DNA from: a virus
Length of the DNA stretch: 64,000 nt
Virus record (IMG/VR): IMGVR_UViG_3300027733_000032
Direction: 5' to 3' (one strand)
Numbering within the stretch: position 1 is the first letter of the stretch; each line of letters begins with the position of its first letter. Position numbers and translations under genes: made by a program. This document shows, piece by piece, positions 50,001-57,586 of the stretch. The notes under the pieces were generated by a model. The model saw nothing but the letters and a program-made list of their open reading frames with translations. It was not told where the DNA came from and searched no databases.

Positions 50001-53000
50001 GAATGCCAGAATCTGGCGGAATGAGTTCCAGCAGGGGCGTTCGAAGAAATTCAATATCGCTAAATTCAGTAAATAATATTCTTGAAAATTCAAATTTCTT
50101 GCCGGATATATCGGCAAAAGAAGATGCTCGTTTATTGAACGGTCTACTCAAACGAGATAATGGCCGCACTTTACTAAGCGACCACAAGTTGGAAAATATG
50201 GATGTATCAAACCTCTACATCTCATTTCCTGAATTTAATAACGTTGACATCGAGAATTGCGACATAACAAATGGCGTGATGTCTAATGGAACTTTTATAA
50301 ACCTATCCGCTAGAGACATAGACATGACGAACGGAGACTTCTCTCATTCATTTTTTGCCAATTCATCCATTGATGGCTCTTATCTGGCTGGTTCAAATTT
50401 CTCAAATAGTATCATCGTTGGGAATTTGTCTCTAAAAAATACAGACCTTCGTGGTGCAAATCTATCAAATTTAACTTTCTCTGACGAAAACGGATATGCG
50501 ACTATTGACCTAGAGGGCTCCATGCTTGATGGTGCCTACTTAGGGAACACTGACCTGACCCGATTAGTCGCCAATGAGAATACTGAATGGGGCGACGTAA
50601 ACGTTGGATACATGAACTCTACAATACCGCGCAGTCTTCGTTCTGAAGGACTTAAGGAAGAAGAAAGACTCAACTCGCTCCACCTTATGGGCGCAGGAGA
50701 AATACATGGGGCATTCAATGATGCACTTATAGATGTCAACTCCTCTAAGGACAAAGCCACAAAAATTAGTGCGCTCAACAATATTGATGCCATACATTCT
50801 CATCTTTCTGGTATTAACACAGAACTGATGACAATGGAGGATGACCGACGACTCACTCTTGAAAGATTTAATTCAACAACATCGCAATTGCTCTCGATGA
50901 AAAACAGTAAATTGAGCGACGGTTCTTTAATTAACCCAGTCAAATTTATTGAATCTAACGATATTGCAGGATGGGTAAAAGAAGTCAATTCGACCAGAGA
51001 GAAAAATCCATCAGCGTTTAAGGATATGCCTCCGAATAAGTTATTGGCAGATGCATCGCAGATACACAGAGAGCAACAAATATTACTTGATTCTTTAAAT
51101 AAGTTTGACTCTGAAATATCTGAGGCAAAACAAAAACAAACTCTTCTTTCTTCTATTAACGCAATATTGTTTGCAGATAAAGACAATGTTTTTGGTACAA
51201 AATTAACAATTCCAAAAAAAGCAAATCGTGTTAAATCAAATCGAGCCCATATTGCTACAGTGCGGGAACAGGTTTCCAATAACACAATCAAAGACAACAG
51301 AAATGATTTGAACCCGCGAGCCGTAAAGATGCTCAAGCAATTTAGTGGAATTGTTGCGGGCGATACCGTCGGTATGCGGTCAGCCAAGGCAACAAATGAC
51401 AGCAAAAAAGCAGAAGACAAAATTGAAGAAATGTATTCAAAATTGTCAGACGCAATACTTGCCTCGCTGGATGAAGCAGACGGGGACAAATGGGTTAGGC
51501 CATGGAACCTAGGGGCTCTGCTTCCCCGAAATGCGAAGACCAAACAGGCCTATCGTGGTTCCAATATATTTAATCTTGGAATAACGCAAACAGATTCTAA
51601 CCATACGCACCCAATGTGGGGCACATACAAGATGTGGCAAGAACTTGGTGGTCAAGTTCAAAAGGGCGAACGTGGGACAATTATTGTCCATTGGTCATCA
51701 ATGGAGAAAGAGATTATTGGTCCAAACGGGACAATAGAAACACGTAGGTACATGAGACCGCGACTCCACAATGTTTTTAATATTGACCAAGTGTCTGGCG
51801 TCGACCCAGAAAAGTATGCGCTACCGGTTCTTAGCGATGAACAACGAGTTCAGCGCATGGACTCCATAATTGAAGAACTTGGGGCCACGATTCGTGAGTC
51901 AACGAATATGCCAACTAGAAATGGCGGATTTGGTCTGCGTGCTTTTTACAATCCAACAGATGACTCCATAAGTCTGCCCCCATTCTCCACATTCACTGAG
52001 CCGCTTGGCTATTACCAGACGGCGATGCATGAACTTGTTCACTGGACCGGGCATAGTCAGCGACTCAATAGGCTTGATATGAATGAGTTTGGTAATCAGG
52101 ACTACGCGTACGAAGAGTTAGTGGCTGAATTTGGTTCAGCCTTTCTTATGGGCGTGCTTGGTATGGAAGCAGAACCGCAGCAAAACCACTCTGAATACAT
52201 CAAGGGTTGGAAGAGAAAAATAAAAGATGACCCAGATACTGTCAAGAATGCTATCTCGGATGCGCAAAAAGCCGTAAATTACATCCTCAATAACTCACCG
52301 ACATTTCGCGATGAAAATGGAATGAATGATGTGAATTCTGATGCAATTGATTCTGATGGAACCCTTCCTGTTGCTGAGGAAATGGGTGACATTGTAAAAA
52401 ATATAGTATCCCCATCAAGTGATGTCCCTGGTCTAATTTCTCCTGGTCGCGATATGGTCGGCATGCGTTCTAAAATAGTTTCTGAATGGCTGGATGTAAC
52501 TGCTCATGATTCATTTGGTGAAGCGGGTTCAGAATTACGAAATACTTTTGGGCGGACAGACTTGGAAAAGTTGCAGAAAGTATTGCAAGACGAAAAATCC
52601 GTTTTATCAAAAACTATTGATGAATGGCAAAAAACAGGCATATGGAATGGGGAAACAAATGGCGTCGCATTGCCACGAACGCAATATCCAAAAAAAGGCA
52701 TAACCCGAAATATCTCAGCAGAAGAATCAAGCGGGATGGGCGACAAGGACGCTTTGGGTTCCATATTTAATGGCTATCTATCTCAAATTGAAAAACAACT
52801 CGAACACGTAAACGACCGAATTGCCAATTTGGACAGAATGGAAAACGATGGAGATATTGCACATATAAATGCAATATCAATCGTTGACCTACCAAATTTT
52901 GCAGCCCTCGCCGAACGTGGTAAGCAAATAAGAGAATCACGTGGCTCGATGGAGGACAGGGCATGGTCGTTAACTAAAGACGACCCCGATGCGACGTGGT

Positions 53001-56000
53001 TGGTTCATACTGGCGTACCAGTACTTGACGGTGGCGTTCTTGACCCATCATTCACGCTGCCCAAGGGCGGCGATGGGACTTATGCACGTCAAGGCATGGA
53101 TACTCAGAGGCTCAATGCCATAACCCGAAACAGTATCATCAACCGCTACGAGGAGGCGGAGCAGGATTTGAACGCTTATCAACTTGCGTTGAAAGAATAT
53201 GATGAAACTGGAGTTTGGGATGGGCCAAAGTTGGCTCAAAACACAAGAGTTCCAGGTAGGGATATTGGTCATAGGGACTATGGCACCTACATAGAAGGCC
53301 AAGATGATGAACGCATTAATCCTGAATATTTAAGAGATTTGGCGCGTCGCTATATTGATAATGGGAAAATAGTAATGGCTCGGTATGAATATGCTTATCC
53401 GCTAGCAAAAGCAGGAAAAGAACATCTCAGTTACAGCCATGTATCACAAGGACCTAGTACTGGATATGTACGCAACGACTTCCCAACAAGTAAAACATAT
53501 CTCGTAAGAGTCCCCAAGACAGAAGTAGTGGAAGGGTTTCCGTCTCAGGAATATCAAATTTTTGGGGTCAGAACACCAATAGCAAGTTTTGAAGTACCCA
53601 ATCAGTTCAATTCTCCCAATGTGTACGAAGCACAGGACGCTGCTATTGCTCTATTTGAGCAGGCCGCACAGAAATATGTTTCAAAAGATAAATTGCCATC
53701 CGGGATGCTTTCTCGTCGTGATTTGATTTCACTGCATGGGAAAACACTCCAAGAAGTACTAAATGCATTAGAGATTGACGATGCCGAAAGCATGCGCGGC
53801 TTTGAGGAATTAGAAACAGCAATTGACAAACTTGACGACCGTAAAATAAGAAAAGCCCCATTTCATCCAGCGGTGAAAGATTCGGTCAATGACATTATTG
53901 ATTCAATTGCAGTCAGCGTATCTTCTGATGGAATCATAATGCTTCATTCAAAACCAAATCCAATATTTCAAAAAGAATACCCAGTTCAACGAGACTGGAG
54001 ACTGATTGAATTAACAAAACCAGAAAATGTTGAAGCAGCCTTAAAGAAGGCATTGGAAAATCAATTTACAACAAAAGAAGATGGTGAATGGATTAACTAC
54101 TACTCCCCTGCGGGAGAATTAGTGGCGCGTAAACGCTATACGGGAGAAACTGGAAATCCGGAGTCAATAGAAGGTATGTATAATGTCGCAGAATGGGAGA
54201 TATTGGATGAGAAATACGCCGATATTCTTGGTGGCGACGGTGGTGAGTTGTCAAGATTTGAAGATTTTTTAAGAAATTTACTTAAAAAACTTTCCAAAGG
54301 CAGTCGGGTTAGTCCTGTGAAAGCAATAGAGCGTATTCCAATAAACAATTTATTTGTAGGTTCTTTTCTTGCTTCATTAATTAATCCAGAGGCAGGAGAC
54401 ATGGGCGGTCGAGATGGATTGCATGATGCCTTCGGTCATTTTGCTATGGGCAGGGGTGTCGATAGGCATGGCGAGTGGGCAAATGCTCTTGCAATAATGT
54501 CATTAGTTGACCATCCTGATTTTGATGCAACCCCAGCAGAAAGGAATGCTGTAAAACAAGCATGGTTTGGCGAATACGGTTTATATTTTATTACCAACTT
54601 CAATGAAGATGTAACAATGGAGCCGTCGGAACTTTGGGGCGCAATAGCCAATTATGTAGGAAATTTTGATGACATTTTAAAAATTTTAGATGATTCTCCA
54701 CGTTCCTCTAGTGGCATGTCATCGCGCTCGATGCCAATTGGTCGGGTGAGTGACTTAATGCTTAGGGAAATATCGGACCAAGAAATTTTGCACAATAAGA
54801 AACGTGCCCTAATTATTCGTGCACAGAATAATCCCGGCGTTCTTTCTAGTTCAGAAGATTACAGAATGTCACATACCGCTCCACTGCGTGATGCTGGGGC
54901 GCCATTAAGCGACCTGACAGGAAACGGGATATACCCAGAAGACGTATATACGGATGATGGTTACAGAATGTATAGCCACGGGCAGATGTTGCTGAATAGC
55001 AAGATGTTCAAGTTGATTAAAGACATGCGCGGAAAGCCCGAGAAGGAAATAACCATCTATCGCGCTGTTCCCAAGAATGTTGGCGATGATATAAATGCAG
55101 GTGATTGGGTTTCTCCGTTACGCGAATACGCCCAATATCACGGCGAATCCAATCTTGATGGGGATTACAAGATTGTTTCTAAGAAAGTCAAAGCCGGAGA
55201 AATCTTTACCGAAGGTAATTCATGGCTGGAATGGGGCTACTCTCCTTCTGACGACAGCAGAACTGGAATGTCTTCTGTCATGACGCCAACAAGACCAACG
55301 ATTCCACCGCCTCCCGGAGCGCCAACAGGACAGGCAATTCAGAAGCCAGAAATAACACCATCAACCAGGCCAACATTGTCGTTGACTCAAGAGGCCGTCG
55401 AGGCCATTGAAGATTTCAGAAACGCTATTAAGGTCGACAGCAATGACCCTTACACGTTGAACGGGTCGTCTTTTGTGGGCCAACTTGACGGCATCTTTGC
55501 ACAAACATTTTTATCAGATTTGCCAGAAGGACATAACATCCTCATAAGAGATGTCCCGATTACGAGCAAGACAAAGGCAATTCCCTACGCCGTTGCAACA
55601 AAAATCAATGGAGCATTAGTTGTTAAGCAAATTACGCAAGAAACATACGACTATCTCTACAGAGTACGAAAACTTGATAAACGATTGCATCAACAGAACA
55701 ATATAAGTTCCTTGGAGCAAATGAACCTAAAAGCAATTGAATACGAAATAGCAAATATTGCAGAACTTTCAAAAAAATACAAAATGAAAGTGCCTCAACT
55801 TTTATTAATAGACGCAGCAAATGAAAACGATAAATTTTCGCAAGAAAAATATGGTAATCCAAACTTTGTTTCTGCCGCAACAATGAGTGCTAATGGAGTA
55901 ATGACGGTTTATAACGGCGCTCTGCCGAGCGTCCATACTCTGCGTCACGAATGGGGTCATTCTTTTGACAGGGTCGCTGAACGAATTTCAGAAGATGCCG

Positions 56001-56914
56001 GAGGAATATTTGGAATCATAAAGCAGTGGCATCATGAAAAAATATCGGACGGCGTAGCATGGAGAAACGCCTCGGATGGGGATAAAAGAACTTCACAAGA
56101 ATGGAAAAATGAGTTTCTTGGCAAAGGTTGGACTATTAAGTTTGTGAGCAGGCGTTTTACTGCGGGAACAGATGGGGTTACTCCGTATGCCCAAACAGCG
56201 TATGATGCTGGCGAATATACTCTGATTGAAGATTTTGCTGAATCTGTAGCATTATTCCTAATCGATAGAGAAAAAGGTTATATTGGTAAAAAATTTAACG
56301 AAAATGGCATGGAGCGCGGGAATGTCAGATTTGCAACCCTCTATCCAAAGCGAGCCGAAATTCTTACTGCGCTCTTTGACCAGTCAGACGATTGGATGCG
56401 AAGCCCACAAGGAATGTCATCCAAAACCAAGAACTTTGATAGCCGTTTTGAGAAGAAGTATGGGCAAGTAAACCCAGACGGAGATGGGGATTGCTATTCT
56501 GCCGCTTTTGAATTAGCCCAAAAACTAACCAACAGATTTAGCAAAGAAGAAGGAACGGAAGTCAAAGTCGTGCATGGCATACCCCTCGGAACTGGTGGTG
56601 AGGCTGCTGGCATCAGGTATGGACATGCCTGGGTTGAAGTCGACAGGACGGCAGGAGAGATTCTGCGTCTCAATGAAAAACTACGTGTTGCCAAAACGGA
56701 GTCAGAAAAGGCTCGCATTGAGTCAAATATCAGACAGGTGCGCTTGATGGGCGAAGCAACGGTCTACGATTACTCCAATGGCGGGAAACATGAAATTCCA
56801 AAATTCTTGTACTACGCAATGGGGAATATCGACGAATCAGAAACTCGACGCTATTCAGTTGATGAGTCAAGGAAGTACGCCCTCGACACCAAGCACTACG
56901 GACCATGGAAATAA
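47099..56914 (+). CDS. giant polyvalent protein 4 (2x DUF3721-like, zincins, zeta toxin-like, pentapeptide, ArdC+MPTase, ART-like, papain/transglutaminase-like; 9 GMxS)
   Basis: LGCxG...PC x2; HELAH ~48695; GGIPGSGKST..IDPDEIK ~49380; WVRPW..YRGSN..GGQVQKGE..HELVHWTGH..YAYEELVAE; IYRAVP..GDWV..EWGY; HEWGH; DCY..GHAWVE; ATG at 47099 (track TTG 47093). Confidence 0.87.
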   Translation: MAALSSKTMSKMRALRQAQKLGCSGAHQMDDGAWHPCSNHDDYVSAKKRIQSSSVIGTPPQRDARGSNKIKKQWETLGQRPISAIDNIQGGGIVAGAPSALIGGGMGTKSLGWAPNDNDPDVFSDVEVARNRSRQLGCIGVSRRISRGGKTVWMPCTNMSDYARLAGTTSLGRRHMRQAAERTITEAFKKLKPKPKRERSKSLFSELHLETHKKVLAAQVNGAQVAEMEFKGLGPKLGRGLRSAPPGMVFIDVTGAIDADKDGIVFEGKPLERPIIPRFTIPESLAGRVSKLMEGTAEQNEKNRRLSSDPMAGAITERDVQNLVSNLGVGSSGLSSSRRTREWAENTVLTPGVLPPVDAGVSIPKKFVRAAKGTVRARTWPMRNVSGKYENNSNEQLKWLVDDNVISSPGTLRTALEKSPYLVGSPKNLSRRIEDAEIDYDAGQQLARSLKDQIDTNPAVANFIRRYGLPVMVVTNHQPNTETANFGPTSWMSTMAGWAPQGFIGFNAATFPSSSFYANGGHRDTDNVMNMRHELAHAWETMAAKTNDKAKEHYIAQFAEMFQGLQEIEDRGEATFRTSYHEAAWGTDDEHESALRISNYAETARIEWFAEAFAHATDGDANNRNRVDNLSKQNMAAVLGLDMWELESMLGGNGFSSFDDDPFSGGMASSQRFGNSIFPSSDNLDSKEYVDWLNQNPGYIDDAPLEMLLRTGSESLNENRRMGMRSSTGLLGKDEQRARAIIFDRVDKSKLGKQQPTYHHVGGIPGSGKSTLVTTGVLGVPNSNNAFHIDPDEIKTHMDGWGGGRGAQALHPRSRRLTDLFMAEAAESHGDVVVQGIGKRTEHLAMMRDAGYRTVGHFVYVPSKEADANISKRAENGGAILGNGYGSHISDELRSRGTISRQITSGLYDEFYLWDNTGRTPKIAAERRQDGTFIIHDQKVWDKFFGDKKYGAGSLSNAEWAKQYFEERMPESGGMSSSRGVRRNSISLNSVNNILENSNFLPDISAKEDARLLNGLLKRDNGRTLLSDHKLENMDVSNLYISFPEFNNVDIENCDITNGVMSNGTFINLSARDIDMTNGDFSHSFFANSSIDGSYLAGSNFSNSIIVGNLSLKNTDLRGANLSNLTFSDENGYATIDLEGSMLDGAYLGNTDLTRLVANENTEWGDVNVGYMNSTIPRSLRSEGLKEEERLNSLHLMGAGEIHGAFNDALIDVNSSKDKATKISALNNIDAIHSHLSGINTELMTMEDDRRLTLERFNSTTSQLLSMKNSKLSDGSLINPVKFIESNDIAGWVKEVNSTREKNPSAFKDMPPNKLLADASQIHREQQILLDSLNKFDSEISEAKQKQTLLSSINAILFADKDNVFGTKLTIPKKANRVKSNRAHIATVREQVSNNTIKDNRNDLNPRAVKMLKQFSGIVAGDTVGMRSAKATNDSKKAEDKIEEMYSKLSDAILASLDEADGDKWVRPWNLGALLPRNAKTKQAYRGSNIFNLGITQTDSNHTHPMWGTYKMWQELGGQVQKGERGTIIVHWSSMEKEIIGPNGTIETRRYMRPRLHNVFNIDQVSGVDPEKYALPVLSDEQRVQRMDSIIEELGATIRESTNMPTRNGGFGLRAFYNPTDDSISLPPFSTFTEPLGYYQTAMHELVHWTGHSQRLNRLDMNEFGNQDYAYEELVAEFGSAFLMGVLGMEAEPQQNHSEYIKGWKRKIKDDPDTVKNAISDAQKAVNYILNNSPTFRDENGMNDVNSDAIDSDGTLPVAEEMGDIVKNIVSPSSDVPGLISPGRDMVGMRSKIVSEWLDVTAHDSFGEAGSELRNTFGRTDLEKLQKVLQDEKSVLSKTIDEWQKTGIWNGETNGVALPRTQYPKKGITRNISAEESSGMGDKDALGSIFNGYLSQIEKQLEHVNDRIANLDRMENDGDIAHINAISIVDLPNFAALAERGKQIRESRGSMEDRAWSLTKDDPDATWLVHTGVPVLDGGVLDPSFTLPKGGDGTYARQGMDTQRLNAITRNSIINRYEEAEQDLNAYQLALKEYDETGVWDGPKLAQNTRVPGRDIGHRDYGTYIEGQDDERINPEYLRDLARRYIDNGKIVMARYEYAYPLAKAGKEHLSYSHVSQGPSTGYVRNDFPTSKTYLVRVPKTEVVEGFPSQEYQIFGVRTPIASFEVPNQFNSPNVYEAQDAAIALFEQAAQKYVSKDKLPSGMLSRRDLISLHGKTLQEVLNALEIDDAESMRGFEELETAIDKLDDRKIRKAPFHPAVKDSVNDIIDSIAVSVSSDGIIMLHSKPNPIFQKEYPVQRDWRLIELTKPENVEAALKKALENQFTTKEDGEWINYYSPAGELVARKRYTGETGNPESIEGMYNVAEWEILDEKYADILGGDGGELSRFEDFLRNLLKKLSKGSRVSPVKAIERIPINNLFVGSFLASLINPEAGDMGGRDGLHDAFGHFAMGRGVDRHGEWANALAIMSLVDHPDFDATPAERNAVKQAWFGEYGLYFITNFNEDVTMEPSELWGAIANYVGNFDDILKILDDSPRSSSGMSSRSMPIGRVSDLMLREISDQEILHNKKRALIIRAQNNPGVLSSSEDYRMSHTAPLRDAGAPLSDLTGNGIYPEDVYTDDGYRMYSHGQMLLNSKMFKLIKDMRGKPEKEITIYRAVPKNVGDDINAGDWVSPLREYAQYHGESNLDGDYKIVSKKVKAGEIFTEGNSWLEWGYSPSDDSRTGMSSVMTPTRPTIPPPPGAPTGQAIQKPEITPSTRPTLSLTQEAVEAIEDFRNAIKVDSNDPYTLNGSSFVGQLDGIFAQTFLSDLPEGHNILIRDVPITSKTKAIPYAVATKINGALVVKQITQETYDYLYRVRKLDKRLHQQNNISSLEQMNLKAIEYEIANIAELSKKYKMKVPQLLLIDAANENDKFSQEKYGNPNFVSAATMSANGVMTVYNGALPSVHTLRHEWGHSFDRVAERISEDAGGIFGIIKQWHHEKISDGVAWRNASDGDKRTSQEWKNEFLGKGWTIKFVSRRFTAGTDGVTPYAQTAYDAGEYTLIEDFAESVALFLIDREKGYIGKKFNENGMERGNVRFATLYPKRAEILTALFDQSDDWMRSPQGMSSKTKNFDSRFEKKYGQVNPDGDGDCYSAAFELAQKLTNRFSKEEGTEVKVVHGIPLGTGGEAAGIRYGHAWVEVDRTAGEILRLNEKLRVAKTESEKARIESNIRQVRLMGEATVYDYSNGGKHEIPKFLYYAMGNIDESETRRYSVDESRKYALDTKHYGPWK

Positions 56915-57225
56915 ATATGGATGACGAATTAAAGAAAATTTTTAATTTACGAATTAGCGATATTGGCGCAACCGCAGCGCCATTGAATCGGCGTAAGCCC
57001 AAGAAGCAATCCAAAAGCAAGGTCAAGAAGAATCAAGATTTAGCCATATTCCTTGACAAAGACGGGAATGCCGTAGACCCTGGCTCGGCAGACATTGTTC
57101 GTGGTGAAATTTGGACGTATGACGAAAATAGTGACGTTACAAGAACGTATGTTGGCGATTCTTGGGTATCCGCAACAGATGAAGAGTCAGAGGACGACAA
57201 AGAGCAAGGGATGGATTCACTATGA
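56905..57225 (+). CDS. small hypothetical protein
   Basis: ORF overlapping the end of giant 4; real start probably ATG 56917. Confidence 0.6.
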   Translation: MEINMDDELKKIFNLRISDIGATAAPLNRRKPKKQSKSKVKKNQDLAIFLDKDGNAVDPGSADIVRGEIWTYDENSDVTRTYVGDSWVSATDEESEDDKEQGMDSL

Positions 57226-57413
57226 AGCAGAAACCAGAAGGACAAGACGGAGAAATTACAGCAGAACAACGTCGACGTGCTACCTATTATGCGCTCAATA
57301 CAATGGCGGTATCACTAGGGGAAGATGACGAAAAGGTAAGTAATTTACTTGACAAAATGCGCCTTGGTTTTAGGTCTATACCTGCTAAAAAGAATGATTC
57401 AGAAGCAGAATGA
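57222..57413 (+). CDS. small hypothetical protein
   Basis: 63-aa ORF with ATGA overlap. Confidence 0.5.
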   Translation: MKQKPEGQDGEITAEQRRRATYYALNTMAVSLGEDDEKVSNLLDKMRLGFRSIPAKKNDSEAE

Positions 57414-57586
57414 CCTGTATCTGATTTTTTAGTTACTAATATAATAAAAAACTGCAATTGTTGCAATACGCTATGTTATTGATGATGTATGTTTGTATTT
57501 AAGTTTCAGGACCGGGTGCTTACCTAAGCCAGAGCAAAAGCAATAAATAACCCAACCCACTACAAAGAAACAGAAGAGGTTTCAAA

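Noticed and set aside
12692-56411. GMxS as a DNA-level recombination site (attC-like or CRISPR-like repeat)
   Set aside because: Codons vary synonymously (GGN; TCN and AGY) and there is no conserved flanking DNA or palindrome, so conservation is at peptide level
12692-56411. GMxS Met as internal translation starts
   Set aside because: No consistent Shine-Dalgarno spacing, and it does not explain the invariant preceding Gly or +2 Ser; not fully excluded
12407-56914. Dozens of 60-270 aa antisense or alternate-frame ORFs inside the giant genes (e.g. 20938..21735, 50800..51543)
   Set aside because: Shadow ORFs of the long plus-strand frames, with Ser/Leu/Phe-rich composition and no motifs
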